IMG/VR virus record: IMGVR_UViG_3300020377_000001
Coordinates: 1 to 64,000 of that record
Source of the DNA: a virus
Direction: 5' to 3' (one strand)
Length of the DNA: 64,000 bases
Of the stretch, positions 19,382-27,351 are shown piece after piece (within the stretch, counting starts at the first letter, position 1; the number at the start of each line of letters is the position of its first letter). The notes beneath the pieces were generated by a model that searched no databases, was not told the DNA's origin, and saw only the letters and a program-made list of their open reading frames with translations. The position numbers and the translations under genes were made by a program.

Positions 19382-19695
19382 GTGACAGGCCGTCCATGCT
19401 CTATAAAGGTTTTTTGATCTTGACGTAATTTGCGCTGTTTCTCGGTAGTTTCTTCGAGTAGCTCAGACCACTTTTCTCTCGTGTCTAGGTGATCTGAGGC
19501 CGCACGGAAGTCATCAAGAAACTCCATCAACTGGTGGTCCTTGATTGACTCGGCGATTTGATAGATTTTCTCGCAGGTCTGCTCTGTCCAGATCATGCAT
19601 GGATCGCACCCGCCATCTGCCTGAGTATAGACGTACCCACACTCGGTGCAGGTGATGTCATCACCCTCTGTGATCCAGTTGTCGTAAGATTTCAT
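19378..19695 (-). CDS. Zn-finger hypothetical protein
   Basis: AGGAG RBS; CTEC..CDPC. Confidence 0.55.
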   Translation of the reverse strand: MKSYDNWITEGDDITCTECGYVYTQADGGCDPCMIWTEQTCEKIYQIAESIKDHQLMEFLDDFRAASDHLDTREKWSELLEETTEKQRKLRQDQKTFIEHGRPVT

Positions 19696-19898
19696 GTTGT
19701 CGCTCCTGGCCTGCCAAAGTACCCTTGGCAGCCTGTACACCTGAGAGCTGACCACCCACCAAAGGACACCTTGTGGACCTCCTTACAATGCGGGCATACG
19801 ACTATACACATGTACATGGTTCTGTCGGCATGATTGTTATACACCAGCCACTTTTGAAGCATGACTGATTGTTCAGGTTTTGATTGTTGGATATTCAT
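19692..19898 (-). CDS. Zn-ribbon hypothetical protein
   Basis: GGAGG RBS; CPHC..CTGC. Confidence 0.55.
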   Translation of the reverse strand: MNIQQSKPEQSVMLQKWLVYNNHADRTMYMCIVVCPHCKEVHKVSFGGWSALRCTGCQGYFGRPGATT

Positions 19899-20191
19899 CT
19901 GATCCTCCGAATGTGAATCGAGGAGACGCCACAGCCTGGCAGGATGCCGCTGTGCTTCCCGTTGCCTGTGCCAAAGCGATTGACATGGACAGCGAAGTTC
20001 TCTGTAAGTTGGTCTGCTAGGTCCTCGCGTTGCCGGTGGCCAAGCCATTTCATGTCGGCATGAGTAACGAGCTTTGAGCCCTTGATGAGACGGTTTAGTG
20101 TTGCGACGAAGTCGTCAACCGTGTTGAGGAAAGTATAGTCGAATTTATTAGTCTGAGTATCTTCATATGCATCGATAAAATCTTTGAACAT
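19895..20191 (-). CDS. Hypothetical protein
   Basis: GAAAGGACC RBS directly after leader motif. Confidence 0.55.
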   Translation of the reverse strand: MFKDFIDAYEDTQTNKFDYTFLNTVDDFVATLNRLIKGSKLVTHADMKWLGHRQREDLADQLTENFAVHVNRFGTGNGKHSGILPGCGVSSIHIRRIR

Positions 20192-20260
20192 CGTTGGTCC
20201 TTTCAAAGGTCTATAAAGGTTTTTCTATTGTTCCGTAATTAAAGGGTTATGTCAAAAGTG

Positions 20261-20827
20261 TCATGCGTTATATAAGCCTTGCTCGTCTATAGGAATTTTA
20301 CTCACCGAGTCAATAAACTCTTCAAATTGAAGCCTGACCTCCTTAAGGGTTTCAGCATCGTGAACCTGGCACAGGTAAACGCAATCACCATATTTGTACT
20401 CAAGGTCGCCTTCAAAGTATCCATGAGAATCCCCAGACACATGTCCTGCAAGGATGCCATCGCAAAAGACCAGAAAACGGCGTGGTTCAAGCGCAGGTAA
20501 GGGATTCGATTGGACCTCGATCTGGATCTTGATCTTGTTTTTATCCCAGTCAAAGGTAGGTAGTGCAATGTTGACAAATGCATCAGAGTCAAAGACGATC
20601 ATATCAAAGCCATTCTTGTGTGCGTATGAGAGCACCTTCGTTATCCATTCTGGCTCGCTTGAGTAGTCTTCGTATGGATCGAAGGATACGTACATGAAGT
20701 AGCCGTATAGAAACTTATACGCTGAGTGTGTGCCAAAGCTTGGCTCAGACGAAGGCATGTGTGCGGTGCTGATATGTAGTGTTCTAAATTCTGTTCGACA
20801 GGCGTTCTTAGGTCTTTGGTTATTCAT
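20261..20827 (-). CDS. DUF5983-like protein with C-terminal extension
   Basis: ISTAHM...YGY...IVFDSDA...LPTFDW pattern. Confidence 0.6.
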   Translation of the reverse strand: MNNQRPKNACRTEFRTLHISTAHMPSSEPSFGTHSAYKFLYGYFMYVSFDPYEDYSSEPEWITKVLSYAHKNGFDMIVFDSDAFVNIALPTFDWDKNKIKIQIEVQSNPLPALEPRRFLVFCDGILAGHVSGDSHGYFEGDLEYKYGDCVYLCQVHDAETLKEVRLQFEEFIDSVSKIPIDEQGLYNA

Positions 20828-20878
20828 GATGATAATGCTCCGTTGATTTCTATAAAGGTTTTCTGAGAGTGACGTAAT

Positions 20879-21067
20879 TTAGTCTTCCACATCCTCGGCA
20901 TCGCAATCGCAGTATGAGCATGTAAAACACGCTGCATCTACGAAGTGCCTGTCAACCGACTCGACAAGCCTGCGACGGTCATCTAAAGACACGGTTATAT
21001 GAAAGTATGCCTCTGTCTTTGGGCATGTTCTGCTTTCGCATTCTGGGTTACTACATCGTAACCTCAT
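20879..21067 (-). CDS. Small Cys-rich protein
   Basis: CSNPEC and CSYC; ATGA coupling. Confidence 0.5.
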   Translation of the reverse strand: MRLRCSNPECESRTCPKTEAYFHITVSLDDRRRLVESVDRHFVDAACFTCSYCDCDAEDVED

Positions 21068-21291
21068 TGGTCTACCCTGCTTTCAATCTCGTGAACAACC
21101 TCACCAGAATCATGTGACCATGCCACCACGCGCAGTGCGCCATCCGCGTAATAGACACCGAACCGCTCAACGCCGTCGTCGTCCATGATCACCAGGGCGC
21201 CACCCTGCATCTCAATGGAGATGTCTGCACAGTCAACAGTGCCATCCCCGTTTGCGTCGTCACTAAGCCTTAAATCAATTCGCTGAATCAT
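21064..21291 (-). CDS. Acidic hypothetical protein
   Basis: GGGGGTG RBS; coupled. Confidence 0.5.
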   Translation of the reverse strand: MIQRIDLRLSDDANGDGTVDCADISIEMQGGALVIMDDDGVERFGVYYADGALRVVAWSHDSGEVVHEIESRVDQ

Positions 21292-21419
21292 CGCGCACCC
21301 CCAGTCATTTTTTCTAGCCATTCGTTTGCCTCAACCTTGCAGACAAAGAGTCTGATCAGCTGATCGTTCCATAACCCCAACCAGCACTGATTTATCTCTG
21401 AGTACTTAACACTAATCAT
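21288..21419 (-). CDS. 43-aa protein (not in ORF track)
   Basis: MISVKYSEINQCWLG...; ATGA overlaps at both ends. Confidence 0.5.
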   Translation of the reverse strand: MISVKYSEINQCWLGLWNDQLIRLFVCKVEANEWLEKMTGGAR

Positions 21420-21586
21420 GAGTAGTCCCTTTCAATGTAGGCCCAAACCTGGCCCATTTTGACCTCGCCGTGCTCGCAGGCAAGATCGTATGCCATCCTG
21501 TCTATCTCGTCTTTACAATCCTCTCGACTCCGAGCGACATACTCTACGGTCGAGTTTAAGTTGAAGTTAACAATCACCACTTTCAT
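21416..21586 (-). CDS. 56-aa protein (not in ORF track)
   Basis: MKVVIVNF...; GGAG RBS, start 15 nt after leader motif. Confidence 0.55.
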   Translation of the reverse strand: MKVVIVNFNLNSTVEYVARSREDCKDEIDRMAYDLACEHGEVKMGQVWAYIERDYS

Positions 21587-21649
21587 ATCTGCTCCAATGC
21601 TCTATAAAGGTTTTTTAATCTTGACGTAATTAAGCTAACCGCAACATAA

Positions 21650-22003
21650 CTATACACTTCTCTGAATTGACTTGATTTGGTACACCACCGTGTACTCGAA
21701 GTCACAAGACGTACAGAATAATTGAGAATAAAACAGGGTAAGGCCGGCACAGTACCGTTCACCATCTGCCTCGATATTATCGCACCCACACTTTGGGCAC
21801 GTACTTAACGCTCTATGAATAAGAGATTGCTCGTCTGTGGTCCTCTCAACCACTTTGACCACATTACGATTCTTGGATTTCAGGTGAGCGACGGTCTGAT
21901 CACGAAAGTCATCGCCCCAGACCTCATCCACAACCGTGTACCCATCGGCACCCTGGTGATAAACCGCGTAGCTTTTCTGTCTCTCTTCTATCTGATAGCT
22001 CAT
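21650..22003 (-). CDS. Zn-ribbon hypothetical protein
   Basis: CPKC..CTSC; first gene of leftward array. Confidence 0.55.
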   Translation of the reverse strand: MSYQIEERQKSYAVYHQGADGYTVVDEVWGDDFRDQTVAHLKSKNRNVVKVVERTTDEQSLIHRALSTCPKCGCDNIEADGERYCAGLTLFYSQLFCTSCDFEYTVVYQIKSIQRSV

Positions 22004-22259
22004 TCTGCCACCTTTCATTTTGCTCTCGGAAGTTCCAGAGCCGTTTTTGAGATCTGACGTAATCGCCGATCCCCAGGAAAAGTTTTTTCACTCTAGCCGC
22101 CCAAGTTCCACAAAGGTTTTTGGGATCGGCCGTAATTTCACCCCCTATACGCGGGCGGGCGCACGCCCGCATCACCCGCGTCATGAGGAAATTTTCGGCA
22201 CTGCTCAAATGTTCAGCAATGAACGGATGTTCAGCACCAACTATTTGCCCACATGAGAC

Positions 22260-22356
22260 CACATCGGATCACATTGTTGCCTCGAGAACCTACACGGGAT
22301 CACATCGGATCACATTGTCGCCTCGAGCACCTACACAGGATCACACAGGATCACAC
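22260..22356. repeat. 41-bp tandem repeat x2.3 containing five GGATCACA units
   Basis: 22260-22300 and 22301-22341 nearly identical, then a partial unit. Confidence 0.9.
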
Positions 22357-22670
22357 TATGGCACCGTGTAAGCGCACCGCCTACACACATGGCACCATTG
22401 CCACTATCTAAGGCTATTGGGTACGACCAAGGCGATCCAGTGCTCTACGGTGGCCAATATGTGAACAAAAGGCGCCCCACCTAGTAGAAAAATGTGATTT
22501 TTTTTAAGGTACTTTTATTAGTAAAAAGCCAATGATTGCAAACACTTAGAGTCCGTCGCTCTGTTTCTGTTGTTTGTTTTTGTGATCATGTGGGTTGTGT
22601 TCCGTTGTTTATGGTGTACCATGTAGGGGTAACCGCTGGAGAGTTACGGAACAAAACGAAGGGAAATCAA

Positions 22671-22892
22671 ATGTTGGCACTTTTCACAATAATCGGAGCT
22701 TTCGCAGTAGTCGCCACCATCGGCGCCACCATCGGGACCAAGGGCCGACAGGTTGACGTTGGATGTACTCGACTGGTTGCGGACGAAGTCATCACGCTAA
22801 CCGACGCCGAGATCTACCACCTACTAGACGACACCCAAGAAATCGACGCAATCACCGACACACAAGAGATCACAGCTTTGGGAGGTTTCTAG
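22671..22892 (+). CDS. Small membrane protein with acidic tail
   Basis: AAGGGA RBS; N-terminal TM; DDTQEI/TDTQEI duplication. Confidence 0.6.
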   Translation: MLALFTIIGAFAVVATIGATIGTKGRQVDVGCTRLVADEVITLTDAEIYHLLDDTQEIDAITDTQEITALGGF

Positions 22893-22896
22893 ACCG

Positions 22897-22992
22897 ATGT
22901 TTAAAGATCTTGTTTTAGCTTTCATCATTTTGTCGTTGGTCGTCATGGCTGACGGAATTGTCAACGCATTGCTTGGGGGACCTATCCAATGA
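22897..22992 (+). CDS. 31-aa hydrophobic peptide (not in ORF track)
   Basis: GGAGG RBS; MFKDLVLAFIILSLVVMADGIVNALLGGPIQ; ATGA overlap with next gene. Confidence 0.55.
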   Translation: MFKDLVLAFIILSLVVMADGIVNALLGGPIQ

Positions 22993-23324
22993 ACACCGCA
23001 CAGACCACCACACCGCCCGCGCGACGTATTGCGCAGATTTTGAAGGGTTCAGCATTGATCGCCCTTGGGCCTTTCATTCTTGTCGCTTGTCCCGAAAACA
23101 TCACGGCCGCGGCCCTAACCTTTTTAGGCTGCACCATTGTCTTCATCTTGATCGATCTGGTTTTCGGTGGAGATCTAAACCACGCGATTCGGACCCGATA
23201 CGCTACCCAGATCGCCAAGGTTAAGAAGGCGCTAGGAGACTCAGACTTCCATGCACTAATCACACTTCCGGCCGTATGCCTGGCCGGCTTCATCATCATG
23301 ACCGTTTTCGCGGTCTCACAATAG
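22989..23324 (+). CDS. Three-TM membrane protein
   Basis: Three hydrophobic segments. Confidence 0.6.
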   Translation: MNTAQTTTPPARRIAQILKGSALIALGPFILVACPENITAAALTFLGCTIVFILIDLVFGGDLNHAIRTRYATQIAKVKKALGDSDFHALITLPAVCLAGFIIMTVFAVSQ

Positions 23325-23336
23325 GAGCACACAACC

Positions 23337-23834
23337 ATGAACAAAGTAATTCAGACACAGGCGCCAGTCGGAGAGATAACCAGCGCGGGACACCGTCGCT
23401 TTTTAGTCGGTGAACTACTCAGCGCATTGATCAAGATTGATGATCGATGCCACCACAGAAACGACAAGATCGACGAAACGGCCGCGATCTTTGCTGAGGC
23501 CGCCGCATGGGGGATTGAATACGATCTGGTGCTTGCCTATGGCCGAGCCATGGCAGACCAGGCGAAAGAGGACGCACGCCGACACATGCCCAGGACCGAG
23601 ATTAACGGCATGCCGATCGTAGAGATGCGAAGAATCACAGAGGGACAGTGGATCTGTGCCGTTGACCGTTCGACCGTCAAAGATGTCTGTCACCCTAGAT
23701 GGAGAGAAGGGGGCCGGACTTTCTGCGTCGTTAAGTGGGACGGGATCGGAGACTCTTGGCACTATGCGATCGAGTATGACTTAACGCGAGACGAAGCGGT
23801 CAAGCTACTAAGGGAAAGGGTAGAAACAAGATGA
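23337..23834 (+). CDS. Hypothetical protein
   Basis: AGGAG RBS, 165 aa. Confidence 0.6.
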   Translation: MNKVIQTQAPVGEITSAGHRRFLVGELLSALIKIDDRCHHRNDKIDETAAIFAEAAAWGIEYDLVLAYGRAMADQAKEDARRHMPRTEINGMPIVEMRRITEGQWICAVDRSTVKDVCHPRWREGGRTFCVVKWDGIGDSWHYAIEYDLTRDEAVKLLRERVETR

Positions 23835-24148
23835 GCAGTTTATATCGCTTCGAATATATCGTTGATAGTCGGCACGCCTGGTTGAAAGTCCGCGCGGACC
23901 TGCTAGATCGTCTCGGTATCGCTTCGCAGATCTCGAACTGTTCAAGAGTTTCACACGCTGAACGATGGATCTACCTGGACAAGACCACCGACGCGCCGAC
24001 TTTCGATCGGGCGCTTCGAACTCTTCTAGGTCTCAATGAGTCGCAATATCTCGAATTTATGCGAGAGCGCACCCAGCTAAAGACGCCCGCGAAAGCGAGC
24101 CTTCGAAATTATGACCGCTACACCACCGCCGAAAGGATCACAAAATGA
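23831..24148 (+). CDS. Conserved-looking phage hypothetical protein
   Basis: HAWLKV...LGI...IS...YLD..DA..F resembles the phage DPGHGWL-type family. Confidence 0.55.
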   Translation: MSSLYRFEYIVDSRHAWLKVRADLLDRLGIASQISNCSRVSHAERWIYLDKTTDAPTFDRALRTLLGLNESQYLEFMRERTQLKTPAKASLRNYDRYTTAERITK

Positions 24149-25089
24149 AGAAGGCACCGAAGAAGGGGATCAAAATTCCGGTCATCCTCGACAAGTGGGC
24201 CACCAGTAGAGCCCGCGCAACTCAGCAGCTTGACGGAACATTCCAAGTGACGAAGATCGATCGGAAGACAAAGAAAGAGATCACGTACACGCAGAAGCCG
24301 AGCGATGCGACGATCTCAACCTGTACCGATAGCAGCGGGAACGCAAAGCTGCGAAAAACGCTTGCCATCCTTCGCGATGTTTACGGATGGATTGACCCGG
24401 TGATCGGATCGTTTGCCTTGCCCGCGTACAGTGACGGCAACGGGGGAAAGATCTGTCACGGGGCGTCAGACTGTTTGGTATACTGCTATGCGATGCAAAC
24501 TAGATACGTCATGCCCCAGGCAAGCGATCTCAGATTCCGCAACTTGATCACGCTAGAACGCGCCCAGGAACGCGGCGGAGTTGAAGCTATGACCGCCGAG
24601 CTAGTGAGAATTTTCAAGCACTGGATCAAATACAAGACGGGGCGATCGCGGAATATCGCGCTCCGCTTGCACGACTCAGGCGATTTTTTCAGTCAAGACT
24701 ATGTCGACGCCATGGCCGCAGCGGTCACCCAGGTGAGGCAATGGGCACGCGATGAAATGGGAATCACTCGGTTTGTTCCGTACGCCTACACAAAAAGCCT
24801 ACACCTCAACCTTGAGCCACTTTGGAACGCAGGCGTCCAGCTTGTCCAAAGTCACGGCGGAAAGTTTGACAAGCTGATCGACCCACGGAAACCGATTGCA
24901 CAGGTGGCAGGCAAGGGCCAGCCGATGCCGAAGGGATGGAAAAGCGGAAACAGTGACGAGCACCTAGAATGCCTAGCCATCACAGGCTACCCGCGGATCT
25001 GGTTACCGTACCACGGCAACCACTCAGAACCTAAATCCTTAACGGCTCGCCGCGTTGAATTATTCCAAATCACCGAAAGGAGCGCATAA
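24145..25089 (+). CDS. GP88-like radical-SAM-related protein
   Basis: GNAKL, CHGASDCLVYCYA, RLHDSGDF, YAYTK motifs. Confidence 0.75.
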   Translation: MKKAPKKGIKIPVILDKWATSRARATQQLDGTFQVTKIDRKTKKEITYTQKPSDATISTCTDSSGNAKLRKTLAILRDVYGWIDPVIGSFALPAYSDGNGGKICHGASDCLVYCYAMQTRYVMPQASDLRFRNLITLERAQERGGVEAMTAELVRIFKHWIKYKTGRSRNIALRLHDSGDFFSQDYVDAMAAAVTQVRQWARDEMGITRFVPYAYTKSLHLNLEPLWNAGVQLVQSHGGKFDKLIDPRKPIAQVAGKGQPMPKGWKSGNSDEHLECLAITGYPRIWLPYHGNHSEPKSLTARRVELFQITERSA

Positions 25090-25090
25090 G

Positions 25091-25315
25091 ATGAACCGCG
25101 AACAAACCAGGATCGAAAATTATGGCCGGTGTGTGGCTGAACTTATCCAAGCCCAGCGCCGAGCATACGAAAATGGCCGGTTTACCTTCGAAGAGATGCG
25201 GAAAGCAAACCTCGCGATTTGGAAGGGCGCCGAGGAGATAGATCCAAGAATCACCGATCGGGCCGTTCAGTTGATCGGCGAGTATCGATGCACACGGACG
25301 GAGGCTATCAAGTGA
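25091..25315 (+). CDS. Hypothetical protein
   Basis: AAGGAG RBS. Confidence 0.55.
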   Translation: MNREQTRIENYGRCVAELIQAQRRAYENGRFTFEEMRKANLAIWKGAEEIDPRITDRAVQLIGEYRCTRTEAIK

Positions 25316-25569
25316 AATTCTACATTCTTTACGGCAAAGGGCCGACACATAAGCAATTCAGGCCGATCGACTGTACAACGGGAAAACGGGAGATCAATTT
25401 CCTAAACGTCACCGTGTTCGATGAAAACGAAGCCCAGGCCGTCCGCGAAGACTTCGGCCAGATGCACGCAGAAAACCCCGGGTGGTGTTTTGAGTTACGG
25501 CATCGGTTCAGCATGGACGAAAAGAAACTAGATGAAGCGGTGCAAACCGTGAAGGAGCGCAACAAATGA
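25312..25569 (+). CDS. Hypothetical protein
   Basis: GGAGG RBS, GTGA overlap. Confidence 0.55.
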   Translation: MKFYILYGKGPTHKQFRPIDCTTGKREINFLNVTVFDENEAQAVREDFGQMHAENPGWCFELRHRFSMDEKKLDEAVQTVKERNK

Positions 25570-25823
25570 ACACCACAACCAAACCACAACCGCGAATCGT
25601 TCGCGCTTATTACGTCGCACGCTATCGGCTCGCAGCCTGGATCGCCTCATGGGCTTTTGTTCAGCTTGTCACAGACTTGGCGATCGAGAAGGTGACCGAA
25701 GACCAAGACGATCGGATCGTTGAGTGTGAAGAAGCGATCGAACAATGGGATGACCGACTGACCGCAGTTGAAGAACTAGCCGAAGCAAACGATCGGACTT
25801 TGGACGAGATGGCCAACGGTTGA
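25566..25823 (+). CDS. Acidic coiled-coil hypothetical protein
   Basis: AAGGAG RBS, ATGA overlap. Confidence 0.55.
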   Translation: MNTTTKPQPRIVRAYYVARYRLAAWIASWAFVQLVTDLAIEKVTEDQDDRIVECEEAIEQWDDRLTAVEELAEANDRTLDEMANG

Positions 25824-25847
25824 CCCAGGACCACCACCAAGCAAACG

Positions 25848-25872
25848 AGCCGGCCACATGGTCGGTTTTTTT
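25848..25872 (+). terminator. Intrinsic terminator of plus-strand island
   Basis: AGCCGGCC-ACAT-GGTCGGTT hairpin followed by T run. Confidence 0.75.
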
Positions 25873-26953
25873 GTGTCTACCGTTCGACAATTCAACACGG
25901 CCTCGAGGACCGCAGACACACCAACACACCACACAGCAGACGAAGCCGAGATCGGCGATTTAAGCGACGCAAAGCAAAAGCACCACCGCAGACACGCAAA
26001 GACAGCCGAAACGGCAGCAGACGCCAAGCACGGCACACACACGGACAAACGAACCACCGACCACCGACGCAAGATCAAACGATGCACTCGGAGCGATTGA
26101 GCCCAGGACCACGATCCACGGTTCGAGCTGAGTAGGAGACCGCGCCCCGATGCACTCGGAGAAGGTGACCACGGGTTACCATCGACCGGCGAAGACCACC
26201 ACTACCGATCGCGATTGCTCGCCACTGGTACACATTGCCACGTCTATCGATTGATCCAAACTTGATCCCTTTGCAAGGTGAACACGTACCGAGAACAAGG
26301 CCCACAGATACCCAGTAGAGCCCGAAAACGACCGTATAAGCGATTGAATACCACTAAAGGCTAGCCCAGGACCTAAAGAGACCACAGCGGAGCATAGGCG
26401 CCCAATGTGCAAACCTTCGCGGGATATGCTGGCGGACTGGTTGAGGTTTGGCGGATGTGTCGGGTTTGGTTTGGGGTTATTGTGGGTTTGATGGATGGCA
26501 GCGGAAGGCCGATCGAGGCTGCCGAGGTAACCGCCCTTTAGTGGGTCACCGCCTCGGAGAGTATCGGCACAGCCTCGGAGATTGTCGGAGACTGTGAACG
26601 GATGCCCAGTTTATCGGGTTGGATGGTGCTTTGTTTCGCATATCGTAAACAACCGACCGATCGGTTACTGGTGAAGCCTACCCTATACGCACACAATCAG
26701 GCACCCCGTGGGGACTGGAAAGGGGTTTTAACATAGCGGACAACCCCCATGACAGCGAGATCTGAAAATTGGATTCCAATGCACTGTTATGAACCAAATG
26801 CCAGCCTTCTGAGCGACGTTATGACCCAAACATGAGCCGATGTATAGGTTCACCTATCTAAATTGAATACAGAGGAGTTCTCAGCCTTCTAAGGTGATTT
26901 GTGTCACCTAGTTTTGGCTACCTTCTTTGTCGAGCTCTAAATATATCTTGATT

Positions 26954-27028
26954 GGAAAGTAGGGAGTCCCCATGAAAGGACCAACAAACCTGAGGACTCC
27001 CAATGTCACAACGGAGCAGTTGATGACT
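26954..27028 (-). ncRNA. Candidate two-hairpin sRNA with anti-SD loops
   Basis: Hairpins 27005-27027 (loop UGCUCC) and 26962-27001 (loop GGUUUGUUGGUCCUUUCA); upstream TTGAAA-16-TACAAC at 27035-27062. Confidence 0.5.
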
Positions 27029-27099
27029 CACTCAGTTGTACCAGCAAATCAGATTCTTTCAACCAATCAATTCTGAGCCCCATCTCGATTGAGCACTGA

Positions 27100-27240
27100 A
27101 GGGGGGTTTGGGGGGTAGTAATGTTTAGTAGTTTTTTAAGTAATAGATTTAGAGAGTATACACCTAATTGGTTTACTTAGTTATAAACAACTAAGTTAGT
27201 TATATATATATATATATATTATTATACTAATTAGTTAGGG
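27100..27240. other. AT-rich origin-like tract with (TA)9 and inverted repeat
   Basis: G runs then ~80% AT; ACTTAGTT/AACTAAGT at 27175-27196; TA x9 at 27201-27218. Confidence 0.5.
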
Positions 27241-27351
27241 GCGCTAAGTGTCTGAAAGCAAAGGGGAATACGCTCAGTATCTATTAAATGGATACAGGAT
27301 GCAAAAGGATTGAATACAGGATCAATTCTTTCCTCAAGTGATTACAGGTGC

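Larger units (their letters stand above)
18962..22137 (-). promoter_or_regulatory. Dispersed leader motif AATTACG-N10-AAAACCTTT(ATAG), six full copies plus degenerate ones
   Basis: Copies at 18962-18987, 19401-19430, 20211-20240, 20850-20879, 21602-21631, 22112-22137; degenerate at 22039-22064 and 13681-13706; spacer always 10 nt. Confidence 0.8.

Noticed and set aside
22260-22356. Possible CRISPR array
   Set aside because: Units are tandem near-duplicates with no unique spacers and no cas genes
26100-26140. GGTTCGA tRNA T-loop-like sequence
   Set aside because: No T stem or cloverleaf
25776-26412. Short ORFs on both strands in the skewed tract
   Set aside because: T-free composition suppresses stop codons; no RBS or protein-like features
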